Assembly (NCBI GenBank): GCA_963663275.1
Contig: OY760183.1
Coordinates: 2,272,001-2,336,000 of the forward strand
Source of the DNA: Chloroflexota bacterium
GTDB lineage: Bacteria; Chloroflexota; UBA11872; VXOZ01
Reading direction: 5' to 3'
Length of the DNA: 64,000 nt
The position numbers and the translations under genes are program-made. The notes beneath the pieces are model-generated. The model did no database searches. It saw nothing but the letters and a program-made list of their open reading frames with translations, and was not told the origin of the DNA. Shown in pieces: positions 48,878 through 58,316 of the stretch. Numbering within the stretch: the first letter of the stretch is position 1; every line of letters starts with the position of its first letter.

Positions 48878-50233
48878 ATGGAACAGGTCTGTCTGCGGCG
48901 AATACACAACGAGAACTCCCAGGACATTGAGTCCTTCATGGCCCACGGCGGCTATGACGGCCTGCGCAAGGCCTTGACCGAGATGACGCCTGAAGCCGTG
49001 CACGAAGAGGTGCGCGCCTCGAACATGGGCGGCCGCGGCGGCGCGGGCTTTCCCACGGCGATGAAGTGGAACTTCCTCGTTGGCGCGAAGGGCGAGCCGA
49101 AATACGTGCTCTGCAACTTCGACGAGAGCGAACCGGGCACCTTCTCCAACCGCATCATCGGCGAGGAAGATCCGCATCTCCTGGTCGAGGGCTGCGCGCT
49201 GGCAGCCTACGCCACCGGCTGCTCCATCATCTTCATCTACATTCGCGGGGAGTATTTCCTGGCGTACGAACGGGTAAAGCGCGCCATCGAGCAGGCGTAC
49301 GCGCGCGGTTTCCTGGGGCGGAACGTGATGGGCACGGACTTTTCCGTGGAGTTGTACCTGCGGCGCGGCGCGGGCGCGTACATCTGCGGTGAAGAGACCG
49401 CTATCATGAATTCCCTGGAAGGCAAGCGCGGCTATCCGCGCGCGCGCCCGCCGTTTCCCGCCAATGAAGGGCTGTTTGGCAAACCGACGCTCATCAACAA
49501 CGTGGAAACGCTCTCGAACCTACCCGATATTGTCCTCAAGGGCGGGGAGTGGTGGAGCAAACTCGGCGTCAATGAAGGCGCGGGGCTGAACATCTACTGC
49601 GTTTCCGGCCACGTGGAGCGGCCCGGCGCGTACGAACTGCCCATGGGCACCACCGCGCGCGAACTGATCCACGAACACGCCGGCGGCGTCTGGCAGGGAC
49701 GGGAACTCAAGGCGTGGAAGCCGGGCGGCGCTTCCAGCGCCATCCTGCCGGCAGACATGATCGACCTGGTGCTCGACTTCAAGCCGGTACAGGCGGCCGG
49801 CACCATTCTCGGCACGGCGGGCGTCGTTGTCATGGACGACCATACCTGCGTGGTAGACGCGGCCATCCGCGACGCGGGCTTCTTCGAGGAAGAATCCTGC
49901 GGCTTCTGCTTCCCCTGCCGGGACGGCACGCGCGTGCTGCGGATGCTGCTCGAACGGGTGCGCCACGGCGTGGCATCGCCCGATACCATCGACCTCATCG
50001 AACACGCCTCGCAGGACATGATGGGCGCGTCGTTCTGCGGCCTCGGCCAGTTTGCGCCGTGGCCCGTGGTGAGCACCGTGCGCAACTTCGCTAAGGAGTA
50101 TGAGTCCCACATACTCGGCAAGGAGTGTCCGGCGGGCGTGTGCCCCATGGACGGCGTGGAGCCGGACGAGCACGTCGACCGCCGCACGCTGCAAGAGATG
50201 CTGGTGGCGCAAAAGGGCGGGGCTTTGGCCTAG
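48878..50233 (+). CDS. nuoF: NuoF-like FMN/[4Fe-4S] NADH-binding subunit
   Basis: GRGGAGFP, DESEPGT, GAGAYICGEET, NNVET, ESCGFCFPCR, FCGLG. Confidence 0.92.
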   Translation: MEQVCLRRIHNENSQDIESFMAHGGYDGLRKALTEMTPEAVHEEVRASNMGGRGGAGFPTAMKWNFLVGAKGEPKYVLCNFDESEPGTFSNRIIGEEDPHLLVEGCALAAYATGCSIIFIYIRGEYFLAYERVKRAIEQAYARGFLGRNVMGTDFSVELYLRRGAGAYICGEETAIMNSLEGKRGYPRARPPFPANEGLFGKPTLINNVETLSNLPDIVLKGGEWWSKLGVNEGAGLNIYCVSGHVERPGAYELPMGTTARELIHEHAGGVWQGRELKAWKPGGASSAILPADMIDLVLDFKPVQAAGTILGTAGVVVMDDHTCVVDAAIRDAGFFEEESCGFCFPCRDGTRVLRMLLERVRHGVASPDTIDLIEHASQDMMGASFCGLGQFAPWPVVSTVRNFAKEYESHILGKECPAGVCPMDGVEPDEHVDRRTLQEMLVAQKGGALA

Positions 50234-50371
50234 CGGTTTCTTCGTCCGTGGTGCTGTGCGGCATCCCCGCGCAGCACCTGATTAACGTGCTTCGCCTTCG
50301 TAACCCTGTTCCGCGCTGCCGTCGTGTGGTCTTTCCCCTGCGCCTTCGTGCTTGCTTAGAATCCCTATTGC

Positions 50372-51661
50372 CTAGGGCGCAACCGCTTCCGCGGCGGCGC
50401 CGGCTTGCTCTCTGCTGTAGACTTCCGGCACCTTCAGGATGATGAGCGCGCTCAACGCGAAGAATACTGCCATCATGACAAAGACGGCCGGGTAGCCGAG
50501 GAGTGGCTCGATGCCGTTGAAAGTGTCGAGCACGATGCCGGCCGTCAAACTGCCCAGCGCGTCGCCGCCGGCGGTGGCGAGATTAGTAAGGCCCATGTAG
50601 AGCCCGGGCGCTCGTGGATCGGGGATGAGTTCCATAGCCAAGGCCCAGTCGGCGGTGACGAAGATGCCCACGGCCCCGCCAAGCAGGGCAAAGCTCACCA
50701 GCAGCATGGGGTAGTTCGTCGTAAAGATCAAGACCAGCGAACCCACAATCGCGATGCCGCAGGACACGAAGATCAGCGTGCGCCGGTCCGTGCGGTCCGA
50801 TATCCAGCCGGCCGGCAAGGTGAGGATGGTGGAAATGATGATGAAGACGCCAAGCGCCACGGTTACGGCGGCGCCAGCGTTGTCGGTGATGCCCAGCCGC
50901 TCGCGCACGAGGAAGAGCAAGATCTGATCGCCCGCAAGCAGCCCCATGAAGAAGAACAGTCGGGAGAAGAGCACCCACGTGAACCCCGGCCTGGTCCGCA
51001 ATTCGGCAAGGCGGGTACGCAATTCTATCACGACCCCGGCGAATTCGGGTTTCTCTTGCAGCGGGTCCTCGCGGATCGTCAAGGCGGAAACGAGGGCTAC
51101 GGTGACGAACACACCGGCCGCGACAACGAGATAGTAGTCGGGCACCATTTGATCGAGAAACCAGCCGGCCACCAGCGCGCCGACCAGAAAGCCGATGTTC
51201 TTGGAAAGTCCGAGAAAGGCAGAGGCCCGGCCCCATTGGCTGCTCGGCACGCGATCGGGCACGATGCCTTGGTAGGGTCCCAGGGCGCTGTTCGCGGCAA
51301 TCTGAATCACGATGATCATGGCAAAGAGCCACGCGTAGGAAGTGTCCGCCGCGATCAGCAATATGAACAGAGCGGCGACGAGCGAGCCGACGAGCATGAA
51401 GGGCCGCCGCCGGCCCCAGCGCAACGTGGAGCGGTCGCTCACCGCGCCCATGACCGGCTGCACGATGATCGCCACCACCAGACCCACGGCGAGCATCACG
51501 CCGAGAGCGGTACCCTTCTGCGCCGAGCCTACCTGCATCTCTACTCGATCAGGCAGGTAGATGAGGTTCATGCCGCCCCAGACGATGTTGAGGCCAAGCC
51601 AGTAAAGACTAAGCTGGGCCAGGTACAGCAACGGGACGCGGCGGGACGTTTCAGCCGACAT
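50372..51661 (-). CDS. MFS transporter (SLC45/GPH-like)
   Basis: About 12 TM helices, GAVSDR..LRWGRRRPF, GWISDRTDRR. Confidence 0.9.
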   Translation of the reverse strand: MSAETSRRVPLLYLAQLSLYWLGLNIVWGGMNLIYLPDRVEMQVGSAQKGTALGVMLAVGLVVAIIVQPVMGAVSDRSTLRWGRRRPFMLVGSLVAALFILLIAADTSYAWLFAMIIVIQIAANSALGPYQGIVPDRVPSSQWGRASAFLGLSKNIGFLVGALVAGWFLDQMVPDYYLVVAAGVFVTVALVSALTIREDPLQEKPEFAGVVIELRTRLAELRTRPGFTWVLFSRLFFFMGLLAGDQILLFLVRERLGITDNAGAAVTVALGVFIIISTILTLPAGWISDRTDRRTLIFVSCGIAIVGSLVLIFTTNYPMLLVSFALLGGAVGIFVTADWALAMELIPDPRAPGLYMGLTNLATAGGDALGSLTAGIVLDTFNGIEPLLGYPAVFVMMAVFFALSALIILKVPEVYSREQAGAAAEAVAP

Positions 51662-51787
51662 GGATCCTCCTCGATTTGTGCAAACCCCACGCGGGGCCGC
51701 GCCCGCGGCTCTGCGGGTAAACCTCGTTCAACATGCTCTCCTCACTCCGCGCGCGGCCTGGGGCCGCGACTTTTGACGGTCTTGCCT

Positions 51788-52453
51788 TCACGTTGTCGTG
51801 GTTTCCGATTCAATAGTCTCCCATTCACGCCGGTCTTGCAGCAGCCGGCCGCCTCTGTAGAAGAGGTAGCAAGCGCCTATCTGAATGACGTGGTAGAGAT
51901 CGTTGTGGTTGAAGTGGCGATGGAGCGCAACCCGCCGCTGCTGGACGAACGCGCCAACCAGCGAAACGAAAACGCCTCCCAGAATATAGCGTGAACTTTC
52001 CGCGCCTTTCCGCCGCTGCCGGCCATGAAACGCGGCAACGCCCGCCATGGCCGAGCCGTAGTCAAGCATCACATAGATGAACCGGTCGCGGGACGCCATC
52101 CAGCCCCAGTAGGCCAGCAACTTCGCCAGCGTACCGGCGAGCAACCAACGCTGCAACGGGCGCGGCGCGGCGGCGGTCACCGTGCTGGCAAGCATACTGG
52201 CGCTCATGCCGCCTGCGGCCAGGAGCGTCCCCTTCCACAGCGCGCGCCGTGCGGCGGGAGACTGCTCGCCGACGGCATGTGAAGTTCCGCCAAGCACCGC
52301 CGCGACGGCGGCCGCTATGAAGCCTGCGCCCCACAATACCTGGGACCATTGCCGCTGCGCCCGCCCGCGCCGGAGCAGTGCGACACCCCACCACGCGTTG
52401 CACGCGCCCAACGCCAGGTCGGTCAGAACGGTCGCCGGTTCGTTGATTCTAAT
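51788..52453 (-). CDS. Multi-TM membrane protein (DUF6962-like, NHNDLYH motif)
   Basis: The frame reads IRINEPATVLTDLALG...FNHNDLYHVIQ. Start placed at ATT 52453, 9 nt after GAGGAG; the first canonical start is TTG 52411. Confidence 0.72.
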   Translation of the reverse strand: MRINEPATVLTDLALGACNAWWGVALLRRGRAQRQWSQVLWGAGFIAAAVAAVLGGTSHAVGEQSPAARRALWKGTLLAAGGMSASMLASTVTAAAPRPLQRWLLAGTLAKLLAYWGWMASRDRFIYVMLDYGSAMAGVAAFHGRQRRKGAESSRYILGGVFVSLVGAFVQQRRVALHRHFNHNDLYHVIQIGACYLFYRGGRLLQDRREWETIESETTTT

Positions 52454-52471
52454 GCGCCCTCGCTCCTCGCC

Positions 52472-53890
52472 TTATGATACCACCTCGCCCACTACATCCG
52501 AAAACATCGCGGCGTAGTGGCGATACCAGTCGCTCTGGAAGCGCCCGGCTGGGTCGTGCTTTTGCTTCAAACGGAGAAAGTCCGGCAACTGCGGATAGCA
52601 CCGCTCCACCTGCGCGCGCGCGGCGTGCCTGTGATAGGTCAGATAGTAGCTGCCGCCGTAGGAAATTGCGCGGTCGATCAGGCGGCGGAAGGCCGCGGCG
52701 GCGCGCTCCTGGCCTGCCGGCGTGTGCGACACGTGAAGATTGAAGATGACGCAGGCGAAATCCTCCCGCGCCCAGGCGAGAAAGCTCTCCTCGTCGCGCT
52801 CCACCAGGCGGATGGTGCCGTAGATGACTTCGGTCTCGTGTTGCCGAAAGTCCTCACGCGCGTCATACATGAACGGCGCTAAGGACTCGCGCGGCACGTA
52901 GATTTCGGTGATGACCTCCGTCGCGGGCGCGGCGGCCCCGAGGTGGCGATCGAGCGCGCGGTGGTAGTCTTCCTCGTAGTAGCCGAGTTGATGCAGGTCC
53001 GACCAGTAGATTTGGCCGTCCGTGGCAAGGTAGTGGTCAACGTACTCCGCGTAGGCCTGGGGCTTGTTCGCGTGAGCGTATAGGATCAAGCGCCGCCAAT
53101 CGTCAACGGTCAATTCTCGCTGGCCGTCGGGAATTGGCGTATCCGCCGCCGCGGGCCGGTAGCAGGAGAGCACACCCTCGGTCAGATAGTGCGCGGATGA
53201 GTCGTCGATCGAGTACTGGAAGTCGCCGTAGAGGAAGCCGTCCGCGATGCGCCGCGCAAACGACGGCATGAGTTCCTCGATGTTGATGACGCTGACGGCG
53301 CGTTGGAGTTTGCGGCGCGGCGCCAGGCGGAGCGTCACGCTGTAGACCACGCCAAAAAGGCCGTAGCCGCCGACGACCAGCCGAAAGAGGTCGGCGTTCT
53401 CCTGGCGGCTGCACTGCCGGACGTTCCCACTGGCGTCCACGAGCGTGAACGATTCGACATCGGCGATGATGGGTCTCATGCGCAAGCCGCGGCCGTGGAC
53501 GTTGGCCGCCAGCGCGCCGCCGATGCTCATGCGGTCGCCGCCGGTCTGCTTCTGCGCGATCGCCCACTGTGGCCCGTCGGACGGGGTGGCCCGCCGATAG
53601 CCCGCGATGAGTTCCGGCCAGTAGATGCCGGCTTCAACGGTGATCAAGCCCGCTTCGGCGTCGAAGGCGAGCACCCGGTTCAGCGGTTCCGTATCCAGGA
53701 GAATTGTGCCGCTGCCGAACTGCTGGCCGCCCATGGCGTGCCGTCCGCCCGCGATGGAGAGCGCCTTGTCTTCTTGCTGCGCGGCGGCGATTGCTGCCTG
53801 GATGGCTTCCAAAGAGTCAACCGGCACGACCTGGGCCACGGTGGTGGGATTGAGCTGGGAGTGAATGTCGTTGACGCGGACACCGGTCAT
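52472..53890 (-). CDS. FAD-binding oxidoreductase (VAO/PCMH fold)
   Basis: IAGGRHAMGGQ, SIGGALAANVHGRG, GGYGLFG, GSYYLTY, KHDPAGRFQS. Confidence 0.88.
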   Translation of the reverse strand: MTGVRVNDIHSQLNPTTVAQVVPVDSLEAIQAAIAAAQQEDKALSIAGGRHAMGGQQFGSGTILLDTEPLNRVLAFDAEAGLITVEAGIYWPELIAGYRRATPSDGPQWAIAQKQTGGDRMSIGGALAANVHGRGLRMRPIIADVESFTLVDASGNVRQCSRQENADLFRLVVGGYGLFGVVYSVTLRLAPRRKLQRAVSVINIEELMPSFARRIADGFLYGDFQYSIDDSSAHYLTEGVLSCYRPAAADTPIPDGQRELTVDDWRRLILYAHANKPQAYAEYVDHYLATDGQIYWSDLHQLGYYEEDYHRALDRHLGAAAPATEVITEIYVPRESLAPFMYDAREDFRQHETEVIYGTIRLVERDEESFLAWAREDFACVIFNLHVSHTPAGQERAAAAFRRLIDRAISYGGSYYLTYHRHAARAQVERCYPQLPDFLRLKQKHDPAGRFQSDWYRHYAAMFSDVVGEVVS

Positions 53891-53907
53891 GCGAGCATAG
53901 TCTCCTG

Positions 53908-55416
53908 TCACCGGCCGCCGCGCAACAACGTAGGCGTGAAGCCAGGAATCTCGTCAACCAGCGGGAAGTAGGGGCGCGGTACTTTGTGGTACGTGAAGCG
54001 CCGCAGCGACGGCGGTGTAGCGCCCGGCGTATCCAAGATGAATTCGGCTTTGGCAATCTCATTGTAGGTCTGGCGGTAGTTCATGGGATTCTTCGCTACG
54101 ATGAACTTGGCGCCCGCAATGTCCATGCCCAGCGCGCGAAACTGCTCGTCCCGAAACTCATAGGTACCGTAGGTCGTGACCAGGACCTGGGCGCTGCCGC
54201 ATTCCAGCACCGCCGTGGGGCCCATCTCCGCCCACTCTTCCGCCCAGATGCCGCCGGTGTATTGAAACCGCCCATCGCTTACTGCCCGGACAACGCCGGT
54301 CAGGGTGAGCGGACTGCCCCATTGGGGATCGATCTTGTGTCCCAGCGTCAGCGTGACCGTGTTGCCCGCGCCGGCTTCATGGCAAAGCGCAGCCGCTTCC
54401 GGGTCAACCACCGGCACGATGGCAAACCCTTCCGCGAGATCCATGAGAGCGGGCAGCGTTGCCACGCTGTCCCCGGCCGCGCCGCCGCCGACGCAGTCCG
54501 CGCACTCGACCAGGACTATCAGGCCGCCGGCAATCTTCAGTCCCGCTGCGACCGCCGCCTGGGGCGTGAGGGTATCCGGTTCCAGGTCAAAGCGGTTTTC
54601 CCACATCAAGCGCGCGACCTGGTTCGCGAGTTCTACCGCCAGATCTTCGTCGTCATCGGTGACGACCAGGCCGCCGCCGCCCATCTCCGGCACGTCGAGC
54701 GTGGCATGGGCGTGAAACGCGCTGGTGGAGAGCACGCCCGGCCGCTCTTCAAAGGACTTGGCCACGCGCATCACGTCGGCAAAGGGGCCTTCTCCCACGG
54801 TACTGGCATTGATGGCGCTCGTCAGGATGGGCACTTTCGCCATCGCCATGGCGGGCTTGTGCGCGCCGTCGAGCGTTCCCAGCAGCAGCCGCGCGCCGCG
54901 CACGCCGGTGGTGAACGGATCGACGTGGGGATAGGTTTCCCAGGCCACGAGGCCGTCCGCGTTACGCATCATCTGTGAGGTGACGTTGGCATGCAGGTCG
55001 AGGGTGCCGACGATGGGCACGTCAGGGCCCACGAGGGCACGCACGGCCTCTAGCAAATCACCCTCCACGTCGTCAATCTCCGTCGTGACCGCCGCGCCGT
55101 GTAACGCAAGGAGTACGCCGTCAACGGGCAGGGCGTTGCGCAGGTCTTCCAGCAAGTCCGCCTTTAGTTGCGCGTAGCAGTCCTGGGCAATCGGCCCGCC
55201 GGGATAGGCGCTCGCCACGACGAGGGGCACGGTATCGGTGTCGCGTTCGCGCAAGGCGTGGAGCATACCGCCAACCGCGCCGCCTTCGATTGACATAACA
55301 TCCTGGCCGCGCGCTAGTTGGCTGCGGGCAAACTCATCGCGCTCGATCAGCTTGCCGCCAAAGTGGTTGCACTCGGTCAGGATGGAGCCGACGGCAACCC
55401 GGTGCGTCTGGTTCAT
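53908..55416 (-). CDS. M81 family metallopeptidase (MlrC-like)
   Basis: TECNHF, LHGA, DLHAN, TYPHVD, DCVGGGAAGD, TPG. Confidence 0.9.
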   Translation of the reverse strand: MNQTHRVAVGSILTECNHFGGKLIERDEFARSQLARGQDVMSIEGGAVGGMLHALRERDTDTVPLVVASAYPGGPIAQDCYAQLKADLLEDLRNALPVDGVLLALHGAAVTTEIDDVEGDLLEAVRALVGPDVPIVGTLDLHANVTSQMMRNADGLVAWETYPHVDPFTTGVRGARLLLGTLDGAHKPAMAMAKVPILTSAINASTVGEGPFADVMRVAKSFEERPGVLSTSAFHAHATLDVPEMGGGGLVVTDDDEDLAVELANQVARLMWENRFDLEPDTLTPQAAVAAGLKIAGGLIVLVECADCVGGGAAGDSVATLPALMDLAEGFAIVPVVDPEAAALCHEAGAGNTVTLTLGHKIDPQWGSPLTLTGVVRAVSDGRFQYTGGIWAEEWAEMGPTAVLECGSAQVLVTTYGTYEFRDEQFRALGMDIAGAKFIVAKNPMNYRQTYNEIAKAEFILDTPGATPPSLRRFTYHKVPRPYFPLVDEIPGFTPTLLRGGR

Positions 55417-55436
55417 TGCTGGCCTCTCCGGTCTGT

Positions 55437-56687
55437 TCACAGTTCCATTACATCGGCCAAGGCGGCCATGCTCGGCTCTTCCAGATGGGGCGCGGCGGGC
55501 ACAAGCTGATCGATTACGTCCGGCCACTTGACGCCGGAGCCGGTGATGACGCACACGACCGTTTCGCCCGGCTTGAAGTAGCCGTCCCCGTGCAGCCGGT
55601 ACAGGCTGGCGATGGTGGCGAGCGAGGCGCTCTCGAAGAAGAAGCCGCGGCGTGCCATACGCCGGATGGCCTGGCGCAATTCGTCCTCTGTGACCGCCGT
55701 AGCCGTGCCGCCCGACGCGCGGAGCGCCCGCAGCGCGTGCACGCCGCAGCGGCCTTCGATGATAGACGTAGCCAACGATTCCGGTTCCGGCTGCGGCTCG
55801 ATTTCGCTGCGGTCGTGGGTGAGGGCGTGGAGCAGCGGGTGCGTGGCCTCGGTCTGGCAGCCCACCATGCGCGGCAAGTTTTCGATGAGACCCATAGCGC
55901 GCAGGTCGGTCAACCCGCGCCAGACGCCGTAGAGACTGTCCCCACCGCCGGTAGGCACCAGGATTGAGTCCGGCGCCGCGCCGAGGGCGCTCGCAATCTC
56001 GTAGCCAATCGTCTTATATCCCGTGACGCCGTAGGGACTGGCGAGCGGGTTGGGGTCGGAAGAGCCGACCGGCAGCCAGCCGTGTTCTTCCACAAGCTGA
56101 CGCATAGTCCTGCCGATTTCGGCCTTTGGCATCGTCACGACGGAAGCGCCGTGGATCTGCATCACCCGCCGGAGCAGTTCCGACGACGTGGGGTAGCCGA
56201 TGATGAGCGCGCGCAATCCGGCGAGCGCCGCGTAGGCGGCGACCGCCTGGCCCGCGTTGCCGGTGGATGATGCCACCACCTTGGTGTAGCCAAGCTGGCG
56301 CGCCAGGGTGATGTTCACGGCGGCGTGGCGGTCCTTGAACGACCACGTGGGGTTCATGGTCTCATTCTTGACGTAGACCTTGAGGCCAAGCTCATCACTC
56401 ACGCCATCCAGAAACGTGAGCGGCGTGCCGCCTTCGTGCAGGCTCAGCGAATGTTCCGCCGCCGGCAGCAGGTCTCCATAGCGCCAGATGTTGTGCCCCG
56501 GGCCGGCGTCCCAGGCCGCTTGAAAGCCGGCCGGCGCGCCGCCGTCCAGGTTCACGCGAAAGTCCAGCGGGCCTTCTCGTCCCTGCTGAAAACAACTGGG
56601 GCACCCAAATTGATACGCCCCAATCGCAAACCGTTCGTCGCACCGCACGCACTGCAACCACTGGAAATCTGCGCTCACCGCCGTCAC
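55437..56687 (-). CDS. Threonine synthase-like PLP-dependent enzyme (fold type II)
   Basis: N-terminal CxxC...CxxC, EGGTPL, KNETMNPTWSFKDR, SSTGNAG, PTGGG, TGSGVK. Confidence 0.88.
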   Translation of the reverse strand: MTAVSADFQWLQCVRCDERFAIGAYQFGCPSCFQQGREGPLDFRVNLDGGAPAGFQAAWDAGPGHNIWRYGDLLPAAEHSLSLHEGGTPLTFLDGVSDELGLKVYVKNETMNPTWSFKDRHAAVNITLARQLGYTKVVASSTGNAGQAVAAYAALAGLRALIIGYPTSSELLRRVMQIHGASVVTMPKAEIGRTMRQLVEEHGWLPVGSSDPNPLASPYGVTGYKTIGYEIASALGAAPDSILVPTGGGDSLYGVWRGLTDLRAMGLIENLPRMVGCQTEATHPLLHALTHDRSEIEPQPEPESLATSIIEGRCGVHALRALRASGGTATAVTEDELRQAIRRMARRGFFFESASLATIASLYRLHGDGYFKPGETVVCVITGSGVKWPDVIDQLVPAAPHLEEPSMAALADVMEL

Positions 56688-56754
56688 GCGCCTGCCCTTT
56701 CTCTAGGAATCTGCTTATGATCTGCTTTGGGGGTGTCTGCGAAGCCGTAGCAAA

Positions 56755-56842
56755 CCGTTCGTACTGAGCTTGTCGAAGTATGGACGGCTTTTCGCCAACG
56801 TGCGGCGGTTCCGATCACCCTTCGACAGGCTCAGGGCGAATG
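56755..56842. repeat. REP-like inverted pair (ctgagcttgtcgaag / cttcgacaggctcag family)
   Basis: Inverted arms ccgttcgtactgagcttgtcgaag ... cttcgacaggctcagggcgaa. Confidence 0.8.
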
Positions 56843-56950
56843 TTCCTGGTGCAAGTAGAACAATCGTAAACAGGCTCTATGAGAACCTGCCGCCCGAATC
56901 CGCCTCAAAACGGGTCTTATGCTGAAGCCTGCGCCGGCCGCCATTGCGCG

Positions 56951-57856
56951 CTAGGCCGCAAGCAGGGTCTCGTTGATGTCCCGGTTCGTGGCTACCCAGC
57001 AGCCGCCGGGCTTAGCCAGCGCGCGGCGCAGCACGGTGTCCAGCATATCACAGTGGGGGTCGCGGGCGGCGAGGTAGGAGGGGTGCGCGAGGAGGCTAAG
57101 GATTTGTCCTTTCTCGTAGGCATGGTCGACCGCGTACTCTGCCAGGTGAATGTATTCCCAGCGGTCTAAATCCAACGAGCGAAAGGCAATGGCGTCGCTC
57201 AGGCCCATCATGGGGATTTCAGGGAGGCCGTTCGGATAGCGATACGGTTGCAAGGTGTCGAGGCTCTGGCGCACCGCGGCTTCCAGGTCGCCGCGCGGGG
57301 GATGCCACGTGCGCTCCGTGGGACAGTTGTAGTGCGCGGAGGCAAACCGGAACCCCTCCTCTTGCAGGAGCGTCTGCACGGCCGGCGAGTCTTCCAAGCC
57401 GTTGGGGAATGCGCCTGGCGTGCGGAAGCCGGTCGCCTCGACGCCCAGCCGCTGCCGGAGGCCCGCGCTCGTTTGCCTGATTTCGTGGCGCAGGCACTCG
57501 AGCGGTGAGAGACTGTCCGCCCGCCACGGCGCGCGTTTGTACCAGGGATGCAGGTCTTCCACCCGTTGCGCCTTCACTTTCACGTGCCGATACGTGTGGT
57601 TATCGAGAGCGTGCCCTTCGGCTACCAAGCGCTTGAGGTAGTCGACGTCCGGATCTTCCAACGCGCTGCCGACGACGTAGAACTGGAGTTTGACGTCGTA
57701 TTTCTCAGCCACGTCCAGCAGTTGGTGAACGTATTGCTTCACGTGGGGTTCAATCGCGCCGTAGTCGGCGTAATCGGACGTCCAATACGGGAAGTTGTAG
57801 GACATCTCGATGTCGAACGTCAGGCTCAGGCAGAACTGCGCGCCGCCGGGATACAT
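56951..57856 (-). CDS. Polysaccharide deacetylase (CE4/NodB) family protein
   Basis: LTFDIE, NHTYRH, GFRTPG, LAHP. Confidence 0.88.
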   Translation of the reverse strand: MYPGGAQFCLSLTFDIEMSYNFPYWTSDYADYGAIEPHVKQYVHQLLDVAEKYDVKLQFYVVGSALEDPDVDYLKRLVAEGHALDNHTYRHVKVKAQRVEDLHPWYKRAPWRADSLSPLECLRHEIRQTSAGLRQRLGVEATGFRTPGAFPNGLEDSPAVQTLLQEEGFRFASAHYNCPTERTWHPPRGDLEAAVRQSLDTLQPYRYPNGLPEIPMMGLSDAIAFRSLDLDRWEYIHLAEYAVDHAYEKGQILSLLAHPSYLAARDPHCDMLDTVLRRALAKPGGCWVATNRDINETLLAA

Positions 57857-57902
57857 GCCGTGCAACTCCTATCAGGCAGGCTAGCCGCCAGCAATGCTAG
57901 CA

Positions 57903-58003
57903 CCGTTCGGCCTGAGCTTGTCGAAGGCTGAACGGGAAAGACTCGTGCGAATTCGTTCCCCCTGCACCGGCCGTTCATGCTTCGACAGGCTCAGCACGAA
58001 CGG
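57903..58003. repeat. REP-like inverted pair, same family as 56755-56842
   Basis: ccgttcggcctgagcttgtcgaag ... cttcgacaggctcagcacgaacgg. Confidence 0.82.
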
Positions 58004-58147
58004 CCTACTGATGCGCTTACAGCCAATGAATCACGTATTGTCTCATTCCCTGATCGGAACGAACCCTGGCTCGAAACTGGATTGAAAGAGGGCTCATCAC
58101 TATGAACGGGACATTTGAGGCGCTCAGGCGACTCAGCTACTCCCCAT

Positions 58148-58288
58148 GCAGCCTTTGCAGAACCCCTTTCCTCGTATCGAGGATGGCTGGAAAGGGGATC
58201 AAAAGGCTTGACGGCAAGCTTTTGGAAAAGGTAAACGCACCTCTGGATTCCGGCTTTCGCCGGAATGACGGAGCATTGCAAAGGTTTC
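58148..58288. mobile_element. Putative MITE-like element (copy 2)
   Basis: Ends cctttgca / tgcaaagg are inverted; both ends resemble those of 10801-11096; internal hairpins. Confidence 0.5.
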
Positions 58289-58316
58289 CTCTTGGAGCGA
58301 CCAAGCTTGACCGGCC

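Noticed and set aside
48878-50233. Electron-bifurcating HydB-type subunit
   Set aside because: It lacks the N-terminal [2Fe-2S] and C-terminal 2x[4Fe-4S] domains and has EPGTF/YICGEE rather than DPGAFM/FVCGEE.
56729-56877. Third MITE with IS5-like ends around the REP pair
   Set aside because: The putative terminal inverted repeats match at only 9 of 14 positions and no target duplication is evident.
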